A stretch of 64,000 nucleotides of DNA from Pseudomonadota bacterium (GCA_043821645.1 JBDRCO010000003.1:96001-160000), one strand, 5' to 3'. Positions 9,241 to 18,982 are shown, counted from the stretch's first letter. Notes: generated by a model from the sequence alone, not told the origin. Made by a program: numbers and translations.

Positions 9241-10694
9241 GTGGCGGCTCTCACCCGCTCGCGCACCAGGTTGTAGCCCCAGTGGGCCACGCTGAGGGGG
9301 CCGAGCCTGGACAGGATCTCGCGGTAGATCACGGGCCGTCGTCTGGCGGCCTCGCGCAAGAAGCCGATGAACTGCTCGGGTGCCATCTGGTCCTTGAGCA
9401 AGGCCGCGTAATCGTCGTTGCCCAGGCCGTGCAACACGCCAAAGGCGGTGTCGAGCAGCTCGTTGAGCGCGCCGGCGCGATCCGGACGTCGCGGCGGCAC
9501 GGCAATCATCATGGCCAGGGCACCGGTGCCAGCGTGAATCGCCTCGTCCTCGAGCACGTGGCTGCCCGCGAAGCGCGGCACGGGCTGGTCGCGCACCAGG
9601 GCCGCGATGGAGCGGGACACGGGGACAAAGGTCCGCAGCATGTGGCCGAAGCCGCAAAAAGTCAGGGGAGACTGGCGCGCGGCGGCGTCTCCCACCAGGA
9701 CACAGCGAGCATGTGGCGGTGTCGACGGAGGACCCAACCGCGACCATCCGGGGATGTAACCGAAGGTGGGTCTGAGCAGCCTGGCCGCACCGCGCTTGTA
9801 GCGGGGCAGGGTGTCGAAGAAGCGGGCGTAAAGGCGGAGCAGCGCATCATCGGGAACATCGTCGCTGCGCGCGTAGTAGAACTGGTAGGTCGTGAGTTCA
9901 CCGGGCCGTCCCGGAAATCCTTCCCAGATGTGCTGGCGACCGTCCTCGACGCCCTCGGTGGTGACCAGGATGTCGCCCACACCGGGATCCAGCTCGTCGT
10001 CGGCGGGGCCCGAAGCCAGCCCCGTGAGCACGCCGCCCACCGTGGGACAGAGCAGATCCGACCTGGCGTAAGGAGACGAGGCACCGCGAGCATCGACCAG
10101 GACTCGCGTGCTGACCTCGCGTGTGGCACCGTCCACCGCAAAGCGCAGGGATACGCCGTGCTCGCCGAAGCGCTCGCCCACCAGGGCATGACCGTCGTGA
10201 ATCTCGACCCCACGCACCACGGCGCGATCGCGCACAGCATCGAGCAAGGCACCGGCATCGACGGCATTGTCCAGCACACCCTGCACAGGATAGCGCCCAC
10301 CTCGGTGCCAGCGACAGACCCCCTGGGCGTAGCGTGCCACCACCAGAGCCTGCACCTCGTCGTCGCTGAACAGCCCGGCCTCGACCAGGGGCCTGAGCTC
10401 GGGCGCGCTGGCATTCCACTCCCGGTGGGCCGTGCCAGCGCGGTGTCGCTCGAACACGCCCACGCGCAGACCCTGGTCCGCCAGCACCGGTGCCAGCAAC
10501 AGGCTCAGCCCTCCACCAGCCAGCACCACGTCGTAGTCCACCGCAGCGCTGGCGTCGGGTGGGGTGGCCGCCTCACCAGGCCTGGGCGATTGCCGAGCTC
10601 GCTCGCATCGCATGGCTTCGAGCTGCACCAAGCGCTCGGTGAGCTCGTCGCCACCGCTGTCGCGAATGCGGGCGATGAGGTCCGTGCGGTTCAC
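9237..10694 (-). CDS. CruA/CruP-type FAD-dependent lycopene cyclase-like protein
   Basis: YDVVLAGGG, HREWNAS, CPTVG, QHIWEGFP, RPTFGYIP, GDAAARQSPLTFCGFG; coupled to crtB. Confidence 0.75.
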   Translation of the reverse strand: MNRTDLIARIRDSGGDELTERLVQLEAMRCERARQSPRPGEAATPPDASAAVDYDVVLAGGGLSLLLAPVLADQGLRVGVFERHRAGTAHREWNASAPELRPLVEAGLFSDDEVQALVVARYAQGVCRWHRGGRYPVQGVLDNAVDAGALLDAVRDRAVVRGVEIHDGHALVGERFGEHGVSLRFAVDGATREVSTRVLVDARGASSPYARSDLLCPTVGGVLTGLASGPADDELDPGVGDILVTTEGVEDGRQHIWEGFPGRPGELTTYQFYYARSDDVPDDALLRLYARFFDTLPRYKRGAARLLRPTFGYIPGWSRLGPPSTPPHARCVLVGDAAARQSPLTFCGFGHMLRTFVPVSRSIAALVRDQPVPRFAGSHVLEDEAIHAGTGALAMMIAVPPRRPDRAGALNELLDTAFGVLHGLGNDDYAALLKDQMAPEQFIGFLREAARRRPVIYREILSRLGPLSVAHWGYNLVRERVRAAT

Positions 10695-11677
10695 GATGCA
10701 ACAACCACGGCCCGTGCGGACCCTGTACGGTCCGCTGCGGCGTCGACGAGAAAGCGCACGGCTGGCCGCGCGGGTTCATCGCAGCGGCGACGGAACCACA
10801 GCGTGGCGGCGCTGGCGCGCAACAGCAACCACAGCTTGCGCGCCTTGCTGGTGTAGGCGCGCTGGCTCACCGAGTCAAACTGGTGATGCGCGATCACGCG
10901 CCCGATGTCGGAGTAGATCAGTCGCGCCGCGCGAATGGCGGTGCGGCTGTCCCTCGGTAGCTGGCGAATGCCCAGATCGGCTCGCCTGTAGTAACCGTCG
11001 GCCACGTCGAGCAGGCGCTGTACCATCTGGCCCAAAGCCGGGCTGAAGCGCGGCTCGCGCAGCAGTTCGTCGACGTCGAGGCCGGCCTCGGCCAGCCAGT
11101 CCAGGGGCAGGTAAACGCGGCCGCTGCGCGCGTCCTCGCCCACGTCACGGGCGATGTTGGTCAGCTGCATGGCCAGGCCGAGATCACAGGCCCGGGCCAG
11201 CACGTCGGGATCGCGCGAGCCCATGAGCAGGGTCATGATCACGCCCACCGTCGAGGCCACGCGCGCGCAGTATGCCTCCAGCTCGTCCAGGGTCCGGTAG
11301 CGACGGCCCTCGGCATCCCAGGCAAAGCCCTCGAGCAGGGCGCGCAGCACGGCCTCGGGCAGTTCGTGGTCGCGGACCACCACGGCCAGGGACCTGTCCA
11401 CGGGATCGTCGTCGGGCTGTCCACGATAGATGCGATCCAGGCGTGCGTGCAGGCCGGCCACAGCCGCGTCCACATCGTCACCCTCGTCCACGGCGTCGTC
11501 GGCCACGCGGCAGAAGGCATAGCACACGGCGGCTGGCTCCCGCACTCGCGCCGGGAGGAGCAGCGAGGCAGCGGCGAAGCTCTTGCTGCCGGCACCCAGG
11601 ATGCCCTGGCAGGCCACCACGTCCTCGGGCTGCAGGCCAGCCGGCAAGGACCTCGCGATCGCGTGCGACTCAGGCAT
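10691..11677 (-). CDS. crtB: Phytoene synthase
   Basis: GSKSF, YAFCRVADDAVD, YCARVASTVG, LGLAMQLTNIARDVGED..GRVYLP. Confidence 0.95.
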   Translation of the reverse strand: MPESHAIARSLPAGLQPEDVVACQGILGAGSKSFAAASLLLPARVREPAAVCYAFCRVADDAVDEGDDVDAAVAGLHARLDRIYRGQPDDDPVDRSLAVVVRDHELPEAVLRALLEGFAWDAEGRRYRTLDELEAYCARVASTVGVIMTLLMGSRDPDVLARACDLGLAMQLTNIARDVGEDARSGRVYLPLDWLAEAGLDVDELLREPRFSPALGQMVQRLLDVADGYYRRADLGIRQLPRDSRTAIRAARLIYSDIGRVIAHHQFDSVSQRAYTSKARKLWLLLRASAATLWFRRRCDEPARPAVRFLVDAAADRTGSARAVVVAS

Positions 11678-13187
11678 GGCCCACGTCGGGGAGCACGCGT
11701 TCGAGCACCTTGGCCGAGGACAGCACGCCGGGAAGACCTGCGCCCGGGTGCGTCCCTGCGCCCACCAGGTACAGACCCTCGACGTCCTCGCTCTTGTTGT
11801 GGGGCCTGAAGTAAGCACTCTGGGTGAGAATGGGCTGGGGGCCAAAGGCCGCACCCTTGAGCGACAGCAGATCATCCAGGAAGCCCTGGGGGGTCAGGGT
11901 GAAGGACTCGACGATGTGCTGGTCGAGGTCAGGCAGCAGGCGTTCCTGCAAGGCGCGCTGGATCAGCAGGCGATAGCGCTCGCCCTCGACACTCCAGTCC
12001 ACGCCGCTGTCCAGATCCGGCACCGGCGACAGCACGTAGAAGGTATCGCAGCCCTCGGGCGCCATGTCGGGATCCGTGGCCGTGGGTCTGTGCAGGTACA
12101 AGCTGAAATCGTCGGCCAGCACCTTGCGCTTGAAGATGTCGTCGAGCAGAGCCTTGTAGCGCGGCCCCATCAGGATCGTGTGGTGCTTGACGTCGGTGTA
12201 CTGCTTGTCCGTGCCGAAGTACCACACGAACAGGCTCATCGAGTACCGCATGCGGTCGATACGGCGATTGGTCCAGCGCCGGCGCACGTGCTCGGGCAAC
12301 AGGTGCTTGTAGGTGAAGGCCGCGTCGGCGTTGGACACCACGATGTCGGCCGGCAGGACCTCACCGTTGGCCAGGCGCACTCCCGTGACCTTGCGGCCCT
12401 GCACTTCAATCTCCTGCACCTCGGCGTTGTAGCGCACGCTGTTTCCCTGGCCCTCGACCAGGGAGACCATGCCCTGCACCAGGGTGCTCATGCCCCCCTT
12501 CGGATAGGTCACGCCCCAGGTGCTCTCGACATGGCTGATCAGGGCGTAGATGGCCGTGGTGGTGAACGGGTTGCCACCGACGAGGAGAGTGTGAAAGCTC
12601 AGCACCTGGCGGATCTGCTCATTCTTCACGAACTTCGAGATCAGTCCGTACACCGTGCGATAGCTCTCGAGGCGCATCATGGCCGGGGCGATCTTGAGCA
12701 TGGACCCCACGGAGTCGAAGGGCATATCCGACAGGTCCAGAAAGCCGACCTTGAAGATCTGCTCGCTCATCTTGAGATAGCCCCGAACTCCCTCGACGTC
12801 CCCGGGCGCGATGCGCTCGACCTCGCGCAATAGGCCTTCGGGATCGTCGAGGTACTGAAAGATCTTTCCGTCGTGGAAGCGAATCTCGTAGCAGGGCTCG
12901 ACCCGGCGCAGCTCGACCTCGTCGCGCAGGCTGCGACCGCACAGCTGCCACAGCTCCTCGAACAAGAAGTCCGCGGTGACGACGGTGGGCCCACAGTCAA
13001 AAGTGTAGCCGTTCTTGCGCACGGTAAAGGCGCGGCCGCCGGGCCCGCTCTTCTTCTCCAGCACGGTGACGTCGTAGCCACGCGCTCCGAGGCGGATGGC
13101 TGCGGCCAGGCCACCGAAGCCCGAGCCAATGACCACGGCACGCTTGCCGTTTCGCCTCACCGTCGTCTGCTTGATCGCCTCGGCCAT
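11670..13187 (-). CDS. crtI: Phytoene desaturase
   Basis: VIGSGFGGLAAAIRL, FDCGPTV, LLVGGNP, SMSLFVWYFG, QSAYFRPHN, LVGAGTHPGAGLPGV. Confidence 0.95.
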   Translation of the reverse strand: MAEAIKQTTVRRNGKRAVVIGSGFGGLAAAIRLGARGYDVTVLEKKSGPGGRAFTVRKNGYTFDCGPTVVTADFLFEELWQLCGRSLRDEVELRRVEPCYEIRFHDGKIFQYLDDPEGLLREVERIAPGDVEGVRGYLKMSEQIFKVGFLDLSDMPFDSVGSMLKIAPAMMRLESYRTVYGLISKFVKNEQIRQVLSFHTLLVGGNPFTTTAIYALISHVESTWGVTYPKGGMSTLVQGMVSLVEGQGNSVRYNAEVQEIEVQGRKVTGVRLANGEVLPADIVVSNADAAFTYKHLLPEHVRRRWTNRRIDRMRYSMSLFVWYFGTDKQYTDVKHHTILMGPRYKALLDDIFKRKVLADDFSLYLHRPTATDPDMAPEGCDTFYVLSPVPDLDSGVDWSVEGERYRLLIQRALQERLLPDLDQHIVESFTLTPQGFLDDLLSLKGAAFGPQPILTQSAYFRPHNKSEDVEGLYLVGAGTHPGAGLPGVLSSAKVLERVLPDVGHA

Positions 13188-13236
13188 GATGATCCTCGTC
13201 AACGCGCCAGGAGCGCGAGGGTAATAAGTCCCGCGC

Positions 13237-14142
13237 TCAGCCCGCTGCCACCAGGTGTAGCTCAGGCCTGTCGTCGTTGTCGTCCTCGATGGCGTGGCGC
13301 AGGGATGGCGGACACAGGCGCAGGCCCACCTTGCCCAGCAGCGCCAGGATGTCGTCGCGGCGCTCGCACGGGGGGACGGCGGTCACGGCCTGCTGCAGGC
13401 GCTGGTCGAGCAGCTTCAGCGCGCCGCGGACTCCGATCTGCAGCACCACGCTGGGCACGCCGTTGCGCAGGTCCTGACCCGTGGGCTTGCCCAGGGTGCT
13501 CGCCGGGCTCGCGGCATCGGCCAGGTCGTCGGCGATCTGGTAAGCCTCGCCGATGCGTCGCCCCACCTCGCGCCAGGGCGTGGGGTCGGCACCTGACGCC
13601 AGGGCACCCGCCGCCGCGGCAGCCTCGAACAGGGCCGCGGTCTTGGCGCGGTGGTACTGCTCGACGTCGACGCTGGGTTCACTCTCCCAGGCCTGGCCCG
13701 CGATGATGCCGTGGGGCGCTCCCGTGGCCTCGGCGAGCACTCGGATCAGGGCCAGCACGCGCCGCGGATCTGCGGACTCGACAGCTCCCAGAGCTGCAAA
13801 GGCCTGCACGATGAGCTGGTCACCGACCAGCACGGCGAGGTCCTCACCGTAGGCTGCGTGCACCGAGGGCTTGCCGCGGCGTATGGCCGCGTCGTCGAAG
13901 CAGGGCAGGTCGTCGTGAACCAGGGAGGCGTTGTGGATGAGCTCGATGGCCGTGGCCGCGGCCAGGCTCAGCTCGGGCTCGGTGTCGCCGCAGGCGGCCG
14001 CCACCTCCAGGCACAGGCGAGGTCGGATGCGCCCACCCTGACCGAGGACGGCATGGCGCATCGCCGCTGCCAGGCGTGGCGGAGCATCGCCGGCCGTGGC
14101 CCGCTGCAAACTCGTTTGCAGGGCTGCCTCTATCCTGTCCAT
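13237..14142 (-). CDS. crtE: Geranylgeranyl diphosphate synthase
   Basis: GGRIRP, SLVHDDLPCFDDAAIRRGKP, YHRAKT, YQIADD, LGKPTGQD. Alternative in-frame ATG 14274 also has GGAG. Confidence 0.92.
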   Translation of the reverse strand: MDRIEAALQTSLQRATAGDAPPRLAAAMRHAVLGQGGRIRPRLCLEVAAACGDTEPELSLAAATAIELIHNASLVHDDLPCFDDAAIRRGKPSVHAAYGEDLAVLVGDQLIVQAFAALGAVESADPRRVLALIRVLAEATGAPHGIIAGQAWESEPSVDVEQYHRAKTAALFEAAAAAGALASGADPTPWREVGRRIGEAYQIADDLADAASPASTLGKPTGQDLRNGVPSVVLQIGVRGALKLLDQRLQQAVTAVPPCERRDDILALLGKVGLRLCPPSLRHAIEDDNDDRPELHLVAAG

Positions 14143-14293
14143 GGTTCTGGCCCCTGACCGACCTCGCGGTCGATTGGAGTTCAGGATGTCGGTCTGCGAC
14201 ACAGTGCGCAATAGCTGTCCTCCCTTCTGGTCGCGGACGGTGAGAAGGTCGGGAAAGCTGGCCTCTTCGTGCATGATTTTCTCCAGCTACGAT

Positions 14294-14326
14294 GACGAAG
14301 TCCATGTACTGTCCAGATTTAGTCGC
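14294..14326 (-). promoter_or_regulatory. Candidate CarH/CarA/LitR-type operator (11-bp tandem repeats)
   Basis: Minus strand GCGACTAAATC TGGACAGTACA TGGACTTCGTC, GAC cores 11 nt apart, upstream of crtE. Confidence 0.4.
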
Positions 14327-14428
14327 GCAACCACTGCGCAGATGGATCTCTCGCCTCAAATGGGGGCTATAGGGTGCCGTGGCCTGGGCCGGGCGTGTTC
14401 GCGCCGGGGCGGGCAGGGGGCGGTCAGG

Positions 14429-14457
14429 TTGCACGGCAGCCTGTGCACAGCGACAAT
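14429..14457 (+). promoter_or_regulatory. Sigma70-like promoter for the GT1 gene
   Basis: TTGCAC-N17-GACAAT; spacer holds palindrome CTGTGCACAG. Confidence 0.4.
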
Positions 14458-14515
14458 TCCTGCCTCCAGGGATTCGACGGCCTGATGCGATCTTGAGCCG
14501 CGAGCAGGAGAAGGG

Positions 14516-15772
14516 ATGCGCATCCTGGTGCTCTCCGGTGGCGGTCGCGGCGATATGCAGCCCTACGCAGCCCTGGCCAGTGGCTTCCGCCAGGCCGGCT
14601 GCGAGGTGACGCTGGCCTGCGTGCCCGAGTTCACCTTCCTGCTCGAGGGTCGAGGCATCGAGCCCTGGATAAGCGATGTCAAGGTCAAGGAGCTGTTCGA
14701 GAGCGACGACGCCATCGAAATGTTCGCCTCGGGCAAGAACCCCGTTCGTATGGTGCGCCTGTTCACGCGCCTGATGATCCCTGTCCTCGAGCAGGGCATG
14801 GCCGACCTGATGCGCGTCATTCCAGGGGTGGACGGGCTGGTGCTGTCGTCGATGAGCTTCCTCACTGGCACTGGGGGGATGGAGCGCGTCGGTGTGCCTA
14901 CCGTCGCCGCCTATCCCTTCCCGACAGCCGCCTCGCGCGAGTACCCTGCGATTCTGGCTCCGCCCCTGCCGTCGTGGCTGCCGGGTCGCTCGCTGTACAA
15001 CCGCGTGAGCCACTGGCTGCTTGCCCGGCTCATCCACTTCTTCCTGGGCCGGCACCACCTGCGCATCATGGAGCGGCTGCCCCTGCCATCCCGCCCCGCG
15101 CCATTGCCCCTGCCACTTCTTTTCGGCTTCAGCCCGCAGGTGTTCGCACGGCCAGCAGACTGGCCCACCCATACCAGCATCACCGGCTACTGGTTCCTCG
15201 ACCGCCTGCCAGGCTGGACGCCACCGGCCGAGCTCGCGGCGTTTCTCGACGCTGGCGAACCGCCCGTGTATGTGGGCTTCGGTTCGATGAATACCCGTGA
15301 CCCGGCTGCCGCCACGTCACTGGTCTGCCAGGCGCTGGAGCGCGCGGGTCGTCGTGGCATCCTGGTAACAGGGATGGGCGGTCTGCGCCGCGAGGACCTT
15401 CCCTCGCACGTGCTCGCCCTGGACAGCGTTCCTCACGACTGGCTGTTCGAGCAGGTGGCAGCGGTTGTGCACCACGGCGGAGCAGGTACCACGGCAGCGG
15501 GTTTGCGCGCTGGCAAGCCGACGATCTGCGTGCCGCACATGGCCGATCAGTTCTTCTGGTCGCGGCGCGTGCTCGAACTCGGCGTCGGGCCACGGCCCAT
15601 CTCGCGCAAGCGGCTCAGCGTCGAGGCCCTAACCCAGGCCATACAGACTGCGACGACGGATCGTGGGATGCAGCAACAAGCCACCGTGCTGGGCGAGCGC
15701 ATCCGTCAGGAGCGCGGCGTCGACGAGGCCGTGGAGCGAGCCCTGCAGCATTTTCGACAGGGTCGGGCGTAG
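14516..15772 (+). CDS. GT1 glycosyltransferase (sterol glucosyltransferase/UGT-like)
   Basis: GGRGDMQP, ITGYWF, PVYVGFGSM, VPHDWLF..VHHGGAGTT..G.P..P..ADQFFW. Confidence 0.9.
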   Translation: MRILVLSGGGRGDMQPYAALASGFRQAGCEVTLACVPEFTFLLEGRGIEPWISDVKVKELFESDDAIEMFASGKNPVRMVRLFTRLMIPVLEQGMADLMRVIPGVDGLVLSSMSFLTGTGGMERVGVPTVAAYPFPTAASREYPAILAPPLPSWLPGRSLYNRVSHWLLARLIHFFLGRHHLRIMERLPLPSRPAPLPLPLLFGFSPQVFARPADWPTHTSITGYWFLDRLPGWTPPAELAAFLDAGEPPVYVGFGSMNTRDPAAATSLVCQALERAGRRGILVTGMGGLRREDLPSHVLALDSVPHDWLFEQVAAVVHHGGAGTTAAGLRAGKPTICVPHMADQFFWSRRVLELGVGPRPISRKRLSVEALTQAIQTATTDRGMQQQATVLGERIRQERGVDEAVERALQHFRQGRA

Positions 15773-15905
15773 CTTCGGGCCATTCCAAGGCCGGGTCCGC
15801 TGGCGGGCAGAGCGGCGCCCGAGTGCGGTGCACTCGTGCAGGGCTGTGGTCCGATTCAGGGGTTCGTGACGACGGAAGAAGAAGAGTGGACGCCGGGGAG
15901 CGGGC

Positions 15906-17921
15906 TCAGCCGCCGTTGTCCTCGCCCACGGACTTCATGTAGATCTCCTTGACCAGCTTGGGATCCACAAAGGGGTTGCGGCTGTTGGTGCCGGACCAGT
16001 TGGCAAAGCCCGCAGGCCGCCACAAGAAGTCCGGGTTCTCGCTCATCCAGCCGCCGTTGACGGCCTTGCCGTTCTGGTCGTGCTCCACCCAGTACTCGTA
16101 GGTCTTGGGGTAGTTCGACTCGCCGAAGAAGACATCCATGGTGTACTTGGTGATCTCGCCGTCGCCAGCCGGGCCGTTGTGACCGCCCTCGGTGGGCCGT
16201 GCCGCACCCTCGAGCTTGACGCCGTCCTTGAGGTCGGCCTTCCAGAAGTTGTAGTTCCACACGTGCTCGCCGGAGTCGCGGTCCATGGCGGCGGGCTTCT
16301 TGTCCTCGCCCAGCCACTTGATCATGGTGTCGTGGAACGCCATGGGGCTGATGTCCTTGGGATCCTCGTGGGTCAGCGAGGCGATGTCCGCGGCCTTGAC
16401 CGTGCGGGTGGTGCCACCGGGGATCTGGATCTCGAGGTCCTTGTCGACCTTGTTCAGGGTCAGGGTGTCGCCGGACCGCTTCATGTTCGCGGTGTTGTAG
16501 TCGAGGTTCGTGGTGATGGTGCCGCGCAGCGTCTCGCCGCTCTTGAGGCGGATGGTGTCGGCTTCCTTGTCGTAACGATTGCCCTCGAAGTCCGTGCCCT
16601 GGGCCTGGCTGTTCGCCAGCACCGTGAGCAAGCCGCGGATGTCCTGCTTGGTGAAGGTCACGCCGTCGATGGTGACGTCCTTCTGGGGATCCTTGAACAG
16701 GATGCCGGCCAGGGCGACCTTGTCGCAGCTGCCCCACCAGCCCACGCTCATGGTGTTGTCGACCTTGCCGTCGCCGCCGCTGTGCGTGTAGTACACCTGC
16801 GCCGCCTCGGCGTCGGTCAGCTTGGTGCCGTCGGGCTTCGAGAACTCGTACTTCTCGATCTTGCCGTCGGCGCCGCGCACGTCCTTGCGGCTCAGGTCCA
16901 CGACCTTGTCACCGTCCTTGAGCTTGGGCTTGAGTGCGTCGCGGCTGTAGACGGGCGCGAAGTTGCCCCGGGCATCCAGGAAGTCAACCTTGACGCCCTC
17001 GCTGATCTTGCCGTCGCCGTCAAAGTCCACGCCCGTGGTCTTCTCGGCGTTGTTCTCGCTGATGGTGGAGTTGGGGATGAACTCACCCTTGCTGGCGCGG
17101 TCACCGATGAGCCAGTTCAGGGCCGGCTTGCGCTCGAACTCCAGCGCCTTGGCTCTGTCGTCCATGCCGCGGGCGCGCAGCAGGCCGTCGAGCTTGTCCA
17201 GGGGGCCGCTCTTGGCCCACAGGTTGGAGGCCGGGCTGCCCGGCTGATCCATGTCGCCCGAACCGGCCATGGGCCAGTAGGTGGTGGTCCACACCTGGTG
17301 GTCGGCTTCCATGACGCGGCGGTCAAACTTGGTGGGGTCCGTGCCCCTGGCGGCTTCCTTGAGGTCGGAGATGGTGTCCTTGTCGGTGTCGACCTTGTCG
17401 TAGCCCTTGGCCGCGCTGTTCTGACCCGCCTTGAGCAGGTCGTCGGTGGCCTTGTCGAGCTCCTTGGGATCCAGGTTGGGCTGGGCTGCGGCCAGGCCCT
17501 TCATTTTGCCCGCGTACTCGGAGAACAGGGCAAAGGCTTGCGACGGATTCGCGTCGAGCTCGGACTTGCGGCTTTGGTATTCCGCGGTGAAGGCGTCGCC
17601 TGCCTTGTGAAAGTCGGTCAGGCTGTTGACACCGGTCGAGGCCGGGCCCGGAGTCACCGGATCCGGGGTTGGCGGCGCGGTCGGGGTCGTCGGCGCCGGG
17701 TCGTCGAGCTTGATCTTGAGGAACTTGGCCAGCTTCTGCTTGGCGTCGGGGTCAAACTTGTCGGCATGCTGCTCGAGGATCTGCTTGAGTTCGTTCTTTT
17801 CGGCCTTGGTGACGCCGAACCAGTCCTTGGCCTTGTTGATGAGCTTGTCGACTTCGCCCTTGTCGATCTTGTTGTCGGCGAGGATGGCGGTCTGCAACTT
17901 GCGAATTCCGCTGACGGTCAT
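15906..17921 (-). CDS. Transglutaminase-elicitor (GP42-like) family protein with N-terminal helical/Ca-binding modules
   Basis: GGAGGAGG RBS; WTTTYWP, WWGSC, LFKDP, FTKQDIRGLL, HVWNY, YEYWVE, GGW..NPDFLWRP, RNPFVD; no signal peptide. Confidence 0.65.
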   Translation of the reverse strand: MTVSGIRKLQTAILADNKIDKGEVDKLINKAKDWFGVTKAEKNELKQILEQHADKFDPDAKQKLAKFLKIKLDDPAPTTPTAPPTPDPVTPGPASTGVNSLTDFHKAGDAFTAEYQSRKSELDANPSQAFALFSEYAGKMKGLAAAQPNLDPKELDKATDDLLKAGQNSAAKGYDKVDTDKDTISDLKEAARGTDPTKFDRRVMEADHQVWTTTYWPMAGSGDMDQPGSPASNLWAKSGPLDKLDGLLRARGMDDRAKALEFERKPALNWLIGDRASKGEFIPNSTISENNAEKTTGVDFDGDGKISEGVKVDFLDARGNFAPVYSRDALKPKLKDGDKVVDLSRKDVRGADGKIEKYEFSKPDGTKLTDAEAAQVYYTHSGGDGKVDNTMSVGWWGSCDKVALAGILFKDPQKDVTIDGVTFTKQDIRGLLTVLANSQAQGTDFEGNRYDKEADTIRLKSGETLRGTITTNLDYNTANMKRSGDTLTLNKVDKDLEIQIPGGTTRTVKAADIASLTHEDPKDISPMAFHDTMIKWLGEDKKPAAMDRDSGEHVWNYNFWKADLKDGVKLEGAARPTEGGHNGPAGDGEITKYTMDVFFGESNYPKTYEYWVEHDQNGKAVNGGWMSENPDFLWRPAGFANWSGTNSRNPFVDPKLVKEIYMKSVGEDNGG

Positions 17922-18001
17922 CTTGAATCCTCCTCCGTCCGCAGGGACGGTCTTTGACTGGACCACGACCTGCTCACCCTGAGGGGAGCCGCCTGCCTCT
18001 C

Positions 18002-18027
18002 TTTATTATCATGGGTCGGAGTTTGGC
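18002..18027 (-). promoter_or_regulatory. Upstream motif, copy 1
   Basis: Minus strand GCCAAA CTCCGACCCATGATAATAAA; core 15/20 identical to 36325..36344. Confidence 0.4.
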
Positions 18028-18030
18028 GGA

Positions 18031-18969
18031 TCAGGGCAGCTGGGGTACCTGAATGACCTGATCACCTGGACTTACGCGGGTCTCTGTCCCTTCCTTGCTC
18101 TCGTCAGCGCCCCCGGCGGCGCTGTCCCCCGAAACCTGGCCCTGGGTCTCTGTCCCCTCTTGGCTCCTCTCGTTCTCTTTGTCCCCTTGAACGTGCCCCC
18201 CCTGAGATCCGGCCTCTGCGTCGCGTCCCGCGTCAGGCTCTGGGCGTGCGCTGTCCTGAGCCTGCAATCTCAGCAGGCCGGCCGGGGCAGGCAGGCGCTC
18301 GACATGCAGGCTGTCGACGCTATCCAGGTCGGCCAGCATCTTCTCGACCGCCCGTGAGAGCAGCTCGGACAGGGCGCGGGCCGCGAGGGAGAAGTTGCGA
18401 TCCGCGAGATGCTCACGCTCGTCGAAGGTCATGTTGTACAGGGCTTCTCCCGTCGAGAAGCGGGTGAGCTGCAGGGACAGGGAGAGGTGGGCAAACCAGA
18501 TTTCTCCGGAGTCATACACCTCGATGGCGTGCAGGTTACCGGACAGGTTGAAGTCGGGGCGGCGCTCCCCCAGCTCGCGGGTGACGCCTTCAAAGCGCCT
18601 GCTCTCCTTGAGGGACTGGGCGATGAAGTCGCTGATCATGCGCTTGGGCTTGGCCACCCAGACGTGGTGGTCGTCATAGCGCAGTTCGTAAGGGTTGCGC
18701 CGGACAGCGATCTGGAACTTCTCGTACACCGCATCGGAGTGCAGGGTGCGAACCCTCACCAACCCTCGCAGCGGTCGCTGACCGTAATCCAGGGCTGTCT
18801 TGCCGTGCAGCACGAAGTAGCTTTGCTCCTGCTCGACGCGGCCGAAGCAGGTGGCGCCGGCGAGGGCCAGGGTCAGCCCAGTGAGGCCAATGGCGCACAG
18901 CCCCCGCAGCCACAGGCCGCGTGCCGGACGACGGAGGGAAGGGGACCAGGCCTGGACGCTCCTGTTCAT
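18031..18969 (-). CDS. ABC transport auxiliary lipoprotein (PqiC-like)
   Basis: Hydrophobic leader ending at Cys; HHVWVAKP, LSGNLHAIE; follows the MCE gene. Confidence 0.75.
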   Translation of the reverse strand: MNRSVQAWSPSLRRPARGLWLRGLCAIGLTGLTLALAGATCFGRVEQEQSYFVLHGKTALDYGQRPLRGLVRVRTLHSDAVYEKFQIAVRRNPYELRYDDHHVWVAKPKRMISDFIAQSLKESRRFEGVTRELGERRPDFNLSGNLHAIEVYDSGEIWFAHLSLSLQLTRFSTGEALYNMTFDEREHLADRNFSLAARALSELLSRAVEKMLADLDSVDSLHVERLPAPAGLLRLQAQDSARPEPDAGRDAEAGSQGGHVQGDKENERSQEGTETQGQVSGDSAAGGADESKEGTETRVSPGDQVIQVPQLP

Positions 18970-18982
18970 GGTCTGCTCCTGG

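Noticed and set aside
16080-17957. Long antisense ORFs (also 741..2285, 23603..25681, 32473..34119, 61243..63015)
   Set aside because: Shadow frames opposite well-supported genes, expected at this GC content; no motifs.
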